64,000 nucleotides of DNA from Nanobdellota archaeon. GTDB taxonomy: Archaea > Nanobdellota > Nanobdellia > Woesearchaeales > JACJVW01. Below the pieces are notes generated by a model, which saw nothing but the letters and a program-made list of their open reading frames with translations, searched no databases and was not told the DNA's origin. The translations under genes and the position numbers were made by a program. This document shows positions 54,745 to 64,000 of the stretch, piece after piece; within the stretch, counting starts at the first letter, position 1; each line of letters begins with the position of its first letter. The stretch is from positions 42,716 to 106,715 of the forward strand of contig JBNJGT010000001.1 of the NCBI GenBank assembly GCA_051819765.1, in the 5' to 3' direction.

Positions 54745-55252
54745 GCTATTGCATGTGTGTTGTGCTTCCTGTGCGCTCGTTGCGTTGGAGCGTTGGGATG
54801 GCCTTTCTCTTTTCTTCTATAATCCTTCTATACCTCCTGGGGAGTATGATGCGCGTTTTTCTGATGTGAAACTGGTTGCCCTGCGGTATGGGGTGGAGCT
54901 TGTGCCCGCGCCGTATGATCACCAGGCGTGGCTTGATCGCGTTTTTGGGCTGGAGGGTGAGCCTGAGAATGGCAGGCGCTGCCTTTTGTGTTACCGGGAC
55001 CGGCTGGAGAAGACCTATGAGATGGCGGTGAATAAGTTTGATGCCTTTGCGACGACATTGACTCTAAGCCCCCACAAGAACGCAGAAATCATCAACCGCA
55101 TCGGGAAGGAGGTCGGTGGTGACCTGTACCTTGAGAGTAACTTCAAAAAGCAGGCCGGGTATGATCTCAGTGTACGTCTGAGCAAAGAGATGGGCTTGTA
55201 CCGTCAGAGTTTTTGCGGCTGCGAGATGAGCATGCAGTCTCCCAGTGAATAG
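54731..55252 (+). CDS. queH: Epoxyqueuosine reductase QueH (DUF208)
   Basis: LLHVCCASCA near the N-terminus, FFYNPSIPPGEY, a conserved Cys pattern (..GRRCLLCY.., FCGCE) and about 170-aa length. Confidence 0.7.
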   Translation: MITNKLLHVCCASCALVALERWDGLSLFFYNPSIPPGEYDARFSDVKLVALRYGVELVPAPYDHQAWLDRVFGLEGEPENGRRCLLCYRDRLEKTYEMAVNKFDAFATTLTLSPHKNAEIINRIGKEVGGDLYLESNFKKQAGYDLSVRLSKEMGLYRQSFCGCEMSMQSPSE

Positions 55253-56181
55253 AATCTGTACTTCTTTTGGATGGCATGGTGGTAGGCTTCAAATACTTTC
55301 TCTTTTCCTATGAATGCGCTGATGAGGAGTAGCAGGGTTGATTTTGGAAGGTGGAAGTTGGTGAGGAAGCCCTGGGGATGTACCCTGAACTGGTAGCCTG
55401 GCTTGATGAAGAGGTCTGAGTAGCCTTCATAGGGGTGGATAATCCCATTGCTGTCAGCAGCTGTCTCCAGGGATTTCATGGTGGTGGTCCCGACCACAAA
55501 CAGACGGCCCTTGCGGTTGTTGATCTGGTCAGCGGTCTCTTTGGTGATTGTTATGTATTCGGGTTCCATCTGATGGGTCGCAAGGTCATAGACCTTGTTG
55601 AAGGTGCCATAGCCAACGTGGAGGCAGACGGAGGCGAATTGGATGCCTTTCTGTCTGAGTTCTTGAATGAGGTTCCTTGTGAAATGGAGGCCTGCAGTGG
55701 GGGCGGCAAGGGAGCCGGGGTTGTTGGCATAGACAGTCTGGTATTCGGATTCGTCATGAAGCTCTCCTGTGATATAGGGTGGGGTGGGGAGCAATCCTTC
55801 GAGTGGTTCTTTCCGGAATTCGAGAAGGAAGGTGTCCTTTTCTTTCTTTCTGATGGTTGCCTTTGTATCCGTGAAGATAAGGGTGTTTCCGACCCGTGGT
55901 TTCCCTTTGATGCGGCAACGGTGTAGATTCCCTTCCTGTTGCATGAGCATGACTTCTACTGGGCTTCCAGTCTCTTTTTTGCCGAGAAGGCGCGCTCTTT
56001 TGACTTTGGTGTCGTTGATGACGATGAGGTCATCCTTTCTCAGATAGTCTTTTATCTGATAGAACCGTTTGTCTGTGAGCCTTTTAGAGAGTACCAACAT
56101 GCGTGAGTAGCTTTTGGGCTTTGCTGGTTCTTGGGCAATGAGTGCCGGGGGCAGGTGGTAGTCAAACTCCTCAAGCTTCAT
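55204..56181 (-). CDS. queA: S-adenosylmethionine:tRNA ribosyltransferase-isomerase QueA
   Basis: MKLEEFDYHLPPALIAQEPAKP..., RLFVVGTTTMKSLE, GYSDLFIKPGYQFRVHPQGFLTNFHLPKSTLLLLISAF, 325 aa. Confidence 0.85.
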   Translation of the reverse strand: MKLEEFDYHLPPALIAQEPAKPKSYSRMLVLSKRLTDKRFYQIKDYLRKDDLIVINDTKVKRARLLGKKETGSPVEVMLMQQEGNLHRCRIKGKPRVGNTLIFTDTKATIRKKEKDTFLLEFRKEPLEGLLPTPPYITGELHDESEYQTVYANNPGSLAAPTAGLHFTRNLIQELRQKGIQFASVCLHVGYGTFNKVYDLATHQMEPEYITITKETADQINNRKGRLFVVGTTTMKSLETAADSNGIIHPYEGYSDLFIKPGYQFRVHPQGFLTNFHLPKSTLLLLISAFIGKEKVFEAYHHAIQKKYRFYSLGDCMLISQPQKL

Positions 56182-56202
56182 GGGGATGAGAAATCAGGTG
56201 TT

Positions 56203-56210
56203 GTATATAA
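56203..56210 (-). promoter_or_regulatory. TATA-like element (minus strand tttatata) about 22 to 30 nt upstream of the queA start
   Basis: gtatataa on the + strand. Confidence 0.35.
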
Positions 56211-56214
56211 AGGA

Positions 56215-56297
56215 TTATGCGGTTACGCTAAGGTGATAATAATAGTTTTGGACACAGTCCTTTGGTTTTATTGAGCACCCTTTTGGTAACCGCATAA
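56215..56297. promoter_or_regulatory. Perfect 12-bp inverted repeat (TTATGCGGTTAC ... GTAACCGCATAA) with a ~59-nt spacer, upstream of queA
   Basis: Read directly at 56215..56226 and 56286..56297. Lies between the stop of 56308..56763 and the queA promoter. Confidence 0.45.
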
Positions 56298-56307
56298 CCC
56301 ATTCAGA

Positions 56308-56763
56308 TTAAAATTGATTTTTCTTTATAACTTTTTTTATTTCGGGGGAGGTTATTTGGCTCACTGAATCGAACATAGCTTTCAATCCGGTCTTAAGTGT
56401 CTTCTTATCAGCAATCTTATCGTGGACATAGGGTGAGATGATCCATTTCTGGTCCCTCACACTGTTAGGGTTGATAAAGTAGATGAAGAGGTGCTTGAAT
56501 TTGATGAGCTCTTTCCAGAGACTCTGGAGGCTTTTGAGGTTATCTTCAGTGTTGAAAACGATCACAGCGGTGTGCTGGTCTTCCTTGCTTACCTTAAGCA
56601 CTTCTTCCAAGGTCTCAAAACCATAGACATAAAGTGTCTTGTCCTTGTAGTTGATTTCCAGGTGGTGGGATTTTTCATCAATTGCGATGATTTTCTTGTA
56701 GATTATGTCCTTGTTGCGGAAATATTCCTTTGCCCAATGGAGAAGGTAATCCTGACTATTCAT
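56308..56763 (-). CDS. Hypothetical protein (151 aa)
   Basis: ORF with Lys-rich mixed alpha/beta composition. No motif recognised. Confidence 0.4.
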   Translation of the reverse strand: MNSQDYLLHWAKEYFRNKDIIYKKIIAIDEKSHHLEINYKDKTLYVYGFETLEEVLKVSKEDQHTAVIVFNTEDNLKSLQSLWKELIKFKHLFIYFINPNSVRDQKWIISPYVHDKIADKKTLKTGLKAMFDSVSQITSPEIKKVIKKNQF

Positions 56764-56809
56764 CAGGTACTGGCACGTTTTCTCCCTTTAAATATTTTTC
56801 TTAAATAGG

Positions 56810-58312
56810 TTATTCTGTGAAACCTTGTACCATGAACTGGCAGAGCTTTGGCAGGAGTTCCTTTCGGGGGATGCGCACCTGCTTTGTGCTGTCACGGTCA
56901 CGCAGGGTGATGTCATCGTTTTCCACGCTCTCGAAATCGATGGTGATGCAGAACGGTGTTCCGATCTCATCCTGGCGGGCGTAGCGCTTGCCGATGGAGC
57001 CAGATTTATCATATGTGCAGTTGAATTCCCGCTTCAATTCGTCAAAGATGTCCCGGGCCATCCTGGTGAGCGGTTCCTTATTCATGAGCGGAAATACTGC
57101 GCATTTGATCGGTGCAAGCTCAGGTTTTAGTTTGAGGACGATGTTGCCTCGTTCCTTATCATCATTGAATGCGTCAACGAGTGTTGCAAGAAAGACCCGG
57201 TCCATCCCAAAGGTTGGTTCAATGACCCGGGGCACCACTTTCTGTTTGCTGTCCTCGTCGAAAAGGTCCAGTTTCTGCTTACTCTCGTTCATGTGCTGGG
57301 TGAGGTCATACTGGCCACGGTTGGCATTACCGGCCACTTCCTTTGATCCGAACGGGAAACTGTAATCCATGTCGAAGGTTGCTGAAGAGTAATGGGAGAG
57401 CTCGTCCGTCGTGTGTTCGCGCACCTTGAAATTGTTCAGGTCAAGCCCCATGCTTTTGAACCAGTTGATCTGTTCAGCGAGCCAGTAGGCATGCCATTCG
57501 CCAAGGCGCTTTTCCTTGAGAAGCTGCCGTATGGTGGTCTGGGTGAGTTGGTTCTCGTTTTTCTCCTGGCTTTCGGCACTGAGGAAATTGAATTGTGTGT
57601 CCAGGGCCTTATCTGTCAGATTCTCACATTCCTCGACCTCTGGGTGTAGGAAGAACTCGAACTCTCCGATGGTGAATTCTCTGCATCGGAATATGAAATC
57701 CCGGGGAGATATCTCATTCCGGAAGCATTTCCCGATCTGGCCGATGCCGAAGGGTAATTTCATGCGCTGGGACTCGGCGATGAGCTTGAAGTCGGTGAAC
57801 ATCCCTTGTGCGGTCTCTCCTCTGAGATATGCCTCTGAGGCCTTGTCCTCGTCAGCACCGACGTGGGTCTTGAAGAGGAGGTTGAAGTTTTTGAGTTCGC
57901 CGAACTGGCCGCCACAGTCAGGACAGGCAAGGTTGTTTTCCTGGATGATCTGGTTTATCTTTTCAATCTCCATACCTTCCACATTCATGTCCAGCTTGTC
58001 CTCGATGAGGTGGTCAGCCCTATATTTCTTCTTGCATTTGGTGCAGGCGATAAGCAGGTCTCCGAAGGAATCCAAGTGGCCAGAGGCCTTCCAGACTCGA
58101 GGATGGGATATTATGCTTGCGTCAAGGCCTACCATGTTCTCCTGGGAATGGATAAAGGTCTTCCACCAGTGTTGCTTGATATTGTTGAAGAGTTCTACTC
58201 CAAGGGGGCCGTAGTCCCAGAATCCGGCGATGCCGCCATAAATCTCGGAGCTTTGGAAGATAAACCCTTTCTGCTTGCAGAATGTTGATATTTTCTCGAT
58301 TGTCAGGTCCAT
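56810..58312 (-). CDS. glyS: Glycyl-tRNA synthetase (archaeal/eukaryotic alpha2 type)
   Basis: MDLTIEKISTFCKQKGFIFQSSEIYGGIAGFWDYGPLG, class II motifs ...FRNEISPRDF... and ...GQYDL.., and the C-terminal anticodon-binding domain. 500 aa. Confidence 0.95.
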   Translation of the reverse strand: MDLTIEKISTFCKQKGFIFQSSEIYGGIAGFWDYGPLGVELFNNIKQHWWKTFIHSQENMVGLDASIISHPRVWKASGHLDSFGDLLIACTKCKKKYRADHLIEDKLDMNVEGMEIEKINQIIQENNLACPDCGGQFGELKNFNLLFKTHVGADEDKASEAYLRGETAQGMFTDFKLIAESQRMKLPFGIGQIGKCFRNEISPRDFIFRCREFTIGEFEFFLHPEVEECENLTDKALDTQFNFLSAESQEKNENQLTQTTIRQLLKEKRLGEWHAYWLAEQINWFKSMGLDLNNFKVREHTTDELSHYSSATFDMDYSFPFGSKEVAGNANRGQYDLTQHMNESKQKLDLFDEDSKQKVVPRVIEPTFGMDRVFLATLVDAFNDDKERGNIVLKLKPELAPIKCAVFPLMNKEPLTRMARDIFDELKREFNCTYDKSGSIGKRYARQDEIGTPFCITIDFESVENDDITLRDRDSTKQVRIPRKELLPKLCQFMVQGFTE

Positions 58313-58385
58313 TGTGTATCCCTTTTATGTGGTAGTCTTGTACATATATAAATTCTTTGGAGAAGTCGCGTGTCTCCTTGGAGTG

Positions 58386-59990
58386 ATGACTCGCATAAGA
58401 TTTATAAGAACACTGTCGCTCCTTTCGGTCATGGAGCCGTATCGGGTCTTTGTTCATCTTGCAGGGTACAACAAGAAATCCCATGCTCAGGCAGACCAGT
58501 CAGGATTGTTGGGGTTGCTCGATTCAGTCCGGCTGGAGCGGACCAAAGTGTACCTGAAAAGGTGGCTGGTCAAACAGAGTTATGGTGAGAACCTGATAGA
58601 TGAGGAGAACAAGGCACTCAAGCCGATCGATGATTCTGGAAAGCGTGCGATCCACCCTGGCCTTGAGGCAGTGGCAGGTCTTGGTAATAGTCATAGCGTC
58701 ATTGTCGGTGACAGGAGTTCATTGGAATCAGTGATTGATGATGAGGTCATCGAACAAGGTGACCATTTCCTTGAAAACCTGGATTTGGGCTATCAACGTG
58801 CGGTTGCCCGTCGGGAAGAACTCCTCTCCCAAGGAGCTCAGGTATCGGATCATATCTATTTCCTGTTTGGGGATGTGTTTGCTGCAACAACAGATGCTAT
58901 CAAACACTTTGCTGATAGGGTTGAAGAACATGATGCAGATTTGAGTGTGGGCATCTGCCTGCGACAGGAGAACGGGGTGGATGATGGGCGTCGGTATTTC
59001 AATATCCGGCCATGGGTCAAGTTTGCTGACGCAGAATTTCGAAACTCAAACATCGGGGCTCTGAGAGTGCCGACTGAGACACGTGGGATTCCGCGTGAGC
59101 GGTATTTCTTGTTTTCAGCAGGCTATACCCTTCGGAAGCTCAAGAATCCTCTTAATCTGGCATTGCTTGGAAAAAACATGGTCACACCCAACTCCCAGAA
59201 TGTGGGTGACTATCCTATTGATGGGAAAAGTCTCTACATAGCTTCTTCTGGTCTCCTGAAAACCTATGCGCAGGATTTCCTGGGTAAGTTCAATCCTTCG
59301 TGGAAGCCAACTCTTGCGGGCGTTGAAGCGATCCTGAATCGTAGTTTCGAAACAGAGGACAAAGCCCCTACTATCTCTTTTCTCCCGGCTGATTGTTGCC
59401 TGGAGCCGGACATCGATTCGCGGAAGGATGAGGAGCGGGCCCGGAAGCTGGTTGCTGTCTCTCGACTTCAGGATGTGACCTATGAGGATTGCCTGTCCAT
59501 GTATGGGCAATGCGAGGATGTTGGTTGTAAATTTGTGCGGTTGGTGGGGACTGATATGAACCGCCGGGTCTTTGGGATGCGTACCAATAGCTCACGGGGC
59601 AAGAAGGATTATCGTCTGCCGCTCTCTAAAGTGCAGCGGGAACTGGATACAATCGCTCAGGAGCCGACCAAATCGCTGTATTTTCATCCTCATATGCCTC
59701 CGGAGACCAATTATTTGGCTGACTTGTATCATGATATGCAGCGGGCATATGCCATCAGGGTCTCGGACAATCAGTCAATCATCATGAGTGTGCTTCGGGA
59801 AACGACGCAAAAGCTTGGCACTACAGATTTTTCCTCTTTATCTGTCCAACCTCTTACCGGTGCAGAAAGACGTGTGCTTTACCGCTCAGTCGCAAAGATC
59901 AACCAGGTTGAAGGGCTTTCTTTTGGGGGGGCAAAGTATGATTCTGCCCGGGCAGATGCCATAGTGCGGCGCTATTTGGAAAACATTTAA
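58386..59990 (+). CDS. Large hypothetical protein (about 535 aa); start placed after the divergent glyS start
   Basis: The track ORF begins at 58275 but would overlap the glyS 5' end. ATG 58386 (MTRIRFIRTL) follows GGAG. No motif recognised (..FHPHMPPETNY..). Confidence 0.45.
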   Translation: MTRIRFIRTLSLLSVMEPYRVFVHLAGYNKKSHAQADQSGLLGLLDSVRLERTKVYLKRWLVKQSYGENLIDEENKALKPIDDSGKRAIHPGLEAVAGLGNSHSVIVGDRSSLESVIDDEVIEQGDHFLENLDLGYQRAVARREELLSQGAQVSDHIYFLFGDVFAATTDAIKHFADRVEEHDADLSVGICLRQENGVDDGRRYFNIRPWVKFADAEFRNSNIGALRVPTETRGIPRERYFLFSAGYTLRKLKNPLNLALLGKNMVTPNSQNVGDYPIDGKSLYIASSGLLKTYAQDFLGKFNPSWKPTLAGVEAILNRSFETEDKAPTISFLPADCCLEPDIDSRKDEERARKLVAVSRLQDVTYEDCLSMYGQCEDVGCKFVRLVGTDMNRRVFGMRTNSSRGKKDYRLPLSKVQRELDTIAQEPTKSLYFHPHMPPETNYLADLYHDMQRAYAIRVSDNQSIIMSVLRETTQKLGTTDFSSLSVQPLTGAERRVLYRSVAKINQVEGLSFGGAKYDSARADAIVRRYLENI

Positions 59991-60026
59991 ATAGAGTACA
60001 TCCCTTCCGTAGGGGTGGTGAATATA

Positions 60027-60434
60027 ATGACAATAGTGGGTTTCAATTTTACAAAGATGCATGTTGAGCGTAAGTCACAGGTCAGTGGCAAGGTGAATAT
60101 CACAAATAATGTCTCTATCAAGTCAGTTGAGGAATCTCAACTGTCTTTGGGTCCGAACAAGCAGACCGGCCTGAAATTTGGCTTTGAGTTTGTGACCAAG
60201 TATGAGCCAGGTATCGGTGAGATCCTTCTGACTGGTGAGGTACTGACCATTGAGCAGGATGAAAAGCATAAGGCCATTCTTGCGGAGTGGGAAGCTGAAG
60301 AGAAAGTCAACAAGGAGACTATGACCAAGATTCTGAACCACGTGCTCAAAAAGTCCAATCTGGAGGCACTGATACTGAGCCGGGAGATCAATCTGCCGTC
60401 GCCTATACCCCTTCCTAAGGTACAGGACAAGTAG
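60027..60434 (+). CDS. Hypothetical beta-rich protein (135 aa) immediately upstream of cdc48
   Basis: ATG 60027 preceded by GGGGTGGTG. MTIVGFNFTKMHVERKSQVSGKVNITNNVSIKSVEE.... 39-nt gap to cdc48. Confidence 0.45.
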   Translation: MTIVGFNFTKMHVERKSQVSGKVNITNNVSIKSVEESQLSLGPNKQTGLKFGFEFVTKYEPGIGEILLTGEVLTIEQDEKHKAILAEWEAEEKVNKETMTKILNHVLKKSNLEALILSREINLPSPIPLPKVQDK

Positions 60435-60473
60435 TCGAAACTTTTATTAGCTTACCAATATTTTTTCTTACTT

Positions 60474-63400
60474 ATGACTCAGGAAATCAAGTTAAAAGTA
60501 GCCGAAGCGGTTCAGGATGATGTGAATAAGGGGCTTGTGCGGATAGATTCAGCGGTAATGCGAGACCTGGGTCTACGACCGGGGGATCCTATCGAAATCT
60601 ATGGGGAACGTACGACTGTCGCAACTGTTGAGCGTGCGTATCCTGGAGACATTGGCCTGAATATCATCAGGATGGATGGTCTCTTGAGACGGAATGCCAA
60701 GACAGGTATCGGTGAGTATGTCACGTTGAATCCGGCAGATGTGAAGGAAGCAAAGAAGGTAGTGATTGCGCCTGCCCGAAAGGATATCGTTGTCAAGGCT
60801 GATCCTGTCTTTTTCAGGCGGGGACTCCATAATCGTGTTGTCCTGACAGGAGATATCATCTCTATTGGTGGAAGACGCCGGACGCGCAAAGGGACTTATT
60901 CGGGTTCACCATTCTTTGATGATATTGTTGAGCTCTTTGATGAGGGCATGATGAGCAGTTTCGGTTTCTCTGATATCAAGTTCATTGTGGTTGATACCCA
61001 GCCAAAGCAGGCTGTGCGGATCACTGACATGACAGAGATAGTATTCAATCCTGAAGCCAAAGAGGCTGAGGAGGAACATGACGTACCAGAGGTAACCTAT
61101 GAGGATATAGGAGGCCTGCAGGACGAGATCAAAAAGATCCGTGAGATGATTGAGCTTCCGATCAAACATCCTGAGGTTTTTGACCGGTTAGGGATCGAGC
61201 CGCCAAAAGGAGTCCTTTTGCATGGGTCACCTGGTGCGGGTAAGACCCTGCTTGCAAAGGCAGTTGCTAATGAGACCAAGTCCCATTTCATTGTCATCAA
61301 TGGGCCTGAGATCATGTCCAAATTCTATGGGCAGTCAGAAGAGAACCTCCGGAAGAAGTTCGAGGAGGCTGAGGCAAATGCACCTGCGATCATCTTTATC
61401 GATGAGATCGATGCGATCGCTTCCAAGCGTGAAGAGACGCATGGTGAGGTGGAAAAGCGGGTAGTGGCACAGCTTCTTGCGATCATGGACGGGTTGAAGA
61501 GCCGCGGGAAGGTTGTGGTGATCGCGGCAACAAATATCCCGAATTCCATCGATCCGGCGCTTCGCCGGCCTGGTCGGTTTGATCGTGAGATTGAGATAGG
61601 GGTTCCAAAAGAGCATGACAGACTTGAGATTCTCAAGGTCCACACACGGAATATGCCGCTGAATCCGCCTTTTGATAGTTCGATCGCACGAAAAAGCATC
61701 AAGGATTATGTGGACAAACTCAATTCCGATATTGTCGGGTATGATAAAGAGCTCAAGAATATCTCTGAGGAACTTGAGAAGCGTGAGGAAGAACTCAAGA
61801 ATGTTGAGGTGCAGCTAGAACGCCAGGATTACTCTAACACCCAGAACCTCTATCGGGAGAAGAAACGATTGCGTGATCGCATAGAGAATATGAAGGAGCG
61901 GCAGCGTCAGAAATCAGCTGAGCTCAAGACTGCGCAGACCAAGATTGATGAGGTTGAGGCAATCAAAGGAGAGATTGAGGATGCGATCAAATCGTCTGAC
62001 CCTGAACGTGAGTTGTTTGGTCTTAATTATGTTGACCTCAAGAGTCTGGCTGATATCACCCTGAATTATATCCTCTCTGAGGTCAAGAAAAAGTTCCGGG
62101 ACCAGGACCGTCACATCGAGGGCTTGGATGAGGTGCGGGGAATCCGTGACCTTAAGGAGAATGTGTTGAATCAGCTTGAAGCTGATGATCCTCGTTCAAA
62201 ACTGATTCATGAGACTCTCTCTGAGGTCAATTTCGATCTTGACAACTTCAGGTTTTCACGATCCGGTCTTCAAAAGATCGTTCCTTCAATCAAAGATAAG
62301 AAGCTAAAGAGTTTCCTTGAACGCGTCCTCAAATCCAAAGATGATGAGGAAGTGAACTCACGGATCTCTGCAAGCTGGATGAGTGATGAACTCAAAGAGC
62401 GAGTGCGTGTTGAGCTGGTTGAAGATATGCTGACCTGGGTTGCGAAGAAGACTCACGGGTTTGTGGGTGCAGACCTTGCATCGCTTTCCAAAGAATCGGC
62501 TATGATTGTTCTTCGGCGAATCATATCTGATATGGGTTCGCTCGAGGAGGGGGATATCTCAAAGTACCTTGACAAACTGAATATCTCCATCACTGATTTC
62601 AAGGAGGCGCTCAAGTTTGTCCGGCCAAGCGCAATGCGTGAGGTGTTGGTTGAGATCCCCAAGGTCAACTGGAACCTTATTGGGGGGCTTTCTGATGTGA
62701 AGCAGGAACTCAAAGAAGCAGTGGAGTGGCCGCTCAAATATCCAAAGGTCTTCAATAAGATGGGGATTCGTGCACCAAAGGGTGTTCTCATCTATGGTCC
62801 ACCAGGAACAGGTAAGACCTTGCTTGCAAAGGCTGCGGCCAATGAGGCTGAATCAAATTTCATCCTTGTGAAGGGTCCAGAAATGCTTTCCAAATGGGTT
62901 GGAGAGAGCGAGAAGGCTGTTCGCCAGATCTTTGAGAAGGGGCGCCAGACTGCGCCGACTATCATCTTCTTTGATGAGATCGACTCTATCGCGCCACGAC
63001 GTGGAGCTGGTGGTGACTCCAATGTCACCGAGCGGGTGGTCAACCAGCTCTTGACTGAGATTGATGGGCTTGAAGAGCTCAATGATGTGGTTATCATCGC
63101 TGCGACAAATCGGCCTGATATCGTTGATACTGCCTTGCTTCGGCCGGGACGGTTTGATCGGATCATCCTTGCAAGCACTCCTGACAAGGCTGCCAGGGAA
63201 GAGATCTTTAAGGTGCATACGCGGGGGATGCCTCTTGAGAAAGGTGTGAGTCTTTCCACCCTTGCGGGACGGACCCAAGGGTATGCTGGCTCAGATATCG
63301 AGGCGGTCTGCCGTGAAGCTGCAATCTTTGCATTGCGTGAGTCCATCAAGGCAAAGAAAGTGAAACAATCACATTTTGATGAGGCCCTAAAGAAGGTTCC

Positions 63401-63509
63401 ACCCTCTATCACAAAAGAGATTGAGGAATCTTATGAGGGCATGAAGCACCAGTTCTCCAGTGCTCAAGGCAAAGAAATGCGACAACAGAGGCCAGCATAT
63501 TTCGGTTAG
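60474..63509 (+). CDS. Cdc48/VCP-like AAA+ ATPase (N domain plus D1 plus D2) with a ~270-aa coiled-coil insertion in the D1 helical subdomain
   Basis: N-domain ...[19 protein letters not shown].... D1 Walker [16 protein letters not shown] and D2 Walker [19 protein letters not shown] motifs. 1011 aa versus about 740 typical. The insertion lies between HTRNMPL and [12 protein letters not shown] and is rich in E/K/R heptads. Confidence 0.9.
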   Translation: MTQEIKLKVAEAVQDDVNKGLVRIDSAVMRDLGLRPGDPIEIYGERTTVATVERAYPGDIGLNIIRMDGLLRRNAKTGIGEYVTLNPADVKEAKKVVIAPARKDIVVKADPVFFRRGLHNRVVLTGDIISIGGRRRTRKGTYSGSPFFDDIVELFDEGMMSSFGFSDIKFIVVDTQPKQAVRITDMTEIVFNPEAKEAEEEHDVPEVTYEDIGGLQDEIKKIREMIELPIKHPEVFDRLGIEPPKGVLLHGSPGAGKTLLAKAVANETKSHFIVINGPEIMSKFYGQSEENLRKKFEEAEANAPAIIFIDEIDAIASKREETHGEVEKRVVAQLLAIMDGLKSRGKVVVIAATNIPNSIDPALRRPGRFDREIEIGVPKEHDRLEILKVHTRNMPLNPPFDSSIARKSIKDYVDKLNSDIVGYDKELKNISEELEKREEELKNVEVQLERQDYSNTQNLYREKKRLRDRIENMKERQRQKSAELKTAQTKIDEVEAIKGEIEDAIKSSDPERELFGLNYVDLKSLADITLNYILSEVKKKFRDQDRHIEGLDEVRGIRDLKENVLNQLEADDPRSKLIHETLSEVNFDLDNFRFSRSGLQKIVPSIKDKKLKSFLERVLKSKDDEEVNSRISASWMSDELKERVRVELVEDMLTWVAKKTHGFVGADLASLSKESAMIVLRRIISDMGSLEEGDISKYLDKLNISITDFKEALKFVRPSAMREVLVEIPKVNWNLIGGLSDVKQELKEAVEWPLKYPKVFNKMGIRAPKGVLIYGPPGTGKTLLAKAAANEAESNFILVKGPEMLSKWVGESEKAVRQIFEKGRQTAPTIIFFDEIDSIAPRRGAGGDSNVTERVVNQLLTEIDGLEELNDVVIIAATNRPDIVDTALLRPGRFDRIILASTPDKAAREEIFKVHTRGMPLEKGVSLSTLAGRTQGYAGSDIEAVCREAAIFALRESIKAKKVKQSHFDEALKKVPPSITKEIEESYEGMKHQFSSAQGKEMRQQRPAYFG

Positions 63510-63548
63510 GCAAAACACATAAAAATATTCTTTTTTTATCTCTCTTAT

Positions 63549-64000
63549 ATGATTACAACTTTGAAGTTGTCCCGGTTCTTGAATGCGTATCTTTCAATCA
63601 AACAGATTCCGGATTTTTCCAGGAATGGGTTGCAGGTGCATGGTGCACGACAAGTAACCAAAATCGCTGTTTGTGTGGATGCGTGCATGGATAGTTTTGA
63701 GAGGGCCCGTCATGCAGGATGTGATTGTGTCATTGCTCATCATGGCATATTCTGGAAAGGGGTGCGCGATCACATGGGTACCCGTGCCCATCGGATTGCC
63801 TACCTGGAAAAGCATGGCATGACTCTCTATGGGATCCATCTTCCCTTGGACATGCATGGAGTTGTGGGAAACAATGCGGTCCTTGCCCAAGAGCTTGGCA
63901 TTGAGGATCTGCAGCCTTTCGGGGAATATCACGGGATGCAGATCGGTCTGAAGGGTCGGTTGCTGGCAGATATGCCTACTTTGGTCAAGCGCGTCACTCA
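63549..64000 (+). CDS. NIF3/YqfO/YbgI family dinuclear-metal protein, C-terminus beyond the window
   Basis: + frame from ATG 63549: MITTLKLSRFLNAYLSIKQIPDFSRNGLQVHGARQVTKIAVCVDACMDSFERARHAGCDCVIAHHGIFWKG...LYGIHLPLDMHGVVGNNAVLAQELGI matches NIF3 motifs (HH...LDxH). Confidence 0.7.
   Translation, partial: MITTLKLSRFLNAYLSIKQIPDFSRNGLQVHGARQVTKIAVCVDACMDSFERARHAGCDCVIAHHGIFWKGVRDHMGTRAHRIAYLEKHGMTLYGIHLPLDMHGVVGNNAVLAQELGIEDLQPFGEYHGMQIGLKGRLLADMPTLVKRVT

Noticed and set aside
63594-63932. 112-aa minus-strand ORF at the window end
   Set aside because: Antisense to the NIF3-family gene (63549..>64000), whose plus-strand translation shows conserved NIF3 motifs.
1-64000. Search for CRISPR arrays, rRNA, integrases or transposases
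   Set aside because: No regularly spaced direct repeats, no rRNA-like conserved stretches and no recognisable recombinase or transposase ORFs were seen.

Overview
This 64 kb window reads as an archaeal chromosome segment of about 47% GC, tightly packed with genes on both strands. Most ORF boundaries are taken from the supplied six-frame track; I adjusted several starts by eye.

The informational genes are clearly archaeal:
- recombination and replication: RadA, PCNA, an RPA-type ssDNA-binding protein, DNA gyrase A;
- translation: aIF5B, aIF5A, aEF-1beta, ribosomal L40e, glycyl-tRNA synthetase;
- chaperone, unfoldase and RNA processing: thermosome, Cdc48/VCP, NAC-alpha, Sec61-beta, RNase J;
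- tRNA methyltransferases: Trm1 and a Trm11-like THUMP enzyme.

Metabolic genes include CTP synthase, PEP synthase, DAHP synthase, SufCB, CPD photolyase, a glutamate-5-kinase-like kinase and a quinone NAD(P)H dehydrogenase.

I found three RNA genes that the ORF track cannot show:
- an intron-containing tRNA-Leu(CAA);
- a tRNA-His(GUG) with an encoded G-1;
- a type-A-like RNase P RNA (about 310 nt) that explains a spurious N-terminal extension of the Sec61-beta ORF.

Mixed in is a substantial bacterial-looking component: QueA plus QueH (queuosine pathway), a membrane-anchored SurA/parvulin PPIase fused to a thioredoxin-like CPHC module, YjbQ, a PHP phosphoesterase, and a signal-peptide protein whose C-terminus looks like a small outer-membrane beta-barrel.

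The most striking part is a cell-surface and cell-wall-directed gene set. An operon encodes a cadherin-like membrane protein followed by a secreted protein with two PG_binding_1 repeats and a C-terminal SLT lytic-transglycosylase domain. Nearby are a LysM-like secreted protein, a 1660-aa giant adhesin-like protein and an 842-aa type-I membrane protein carrying tandem 'DCGGPCxPCxTC' Cys-rich repeats.

Candidate undescribed systems:
- A five-gene minus-strand operon (36985..40223). It holds two paralogous secreted lipoproteins, a K/E-rich coiled-coil protein, and two paralogous acidic proteins sharing a 'KIDEYK' C-domain, one with a long Q/P-rich disordered region.
- An archaeal Cdc48 with a ~270-aa coiled-coil insertion, with an unknown small gene just upstream.
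- A tandem pair of unknown paralogs beside tRNA-His, upstream of NAC and Sec61-beta.
- A PC4-like gene overlapping the radA start, within an RPA / membrane-hydrolase / RadA cluster.

I saw no CRISPR array, no rRNA and no recognisable integrase or transposase.
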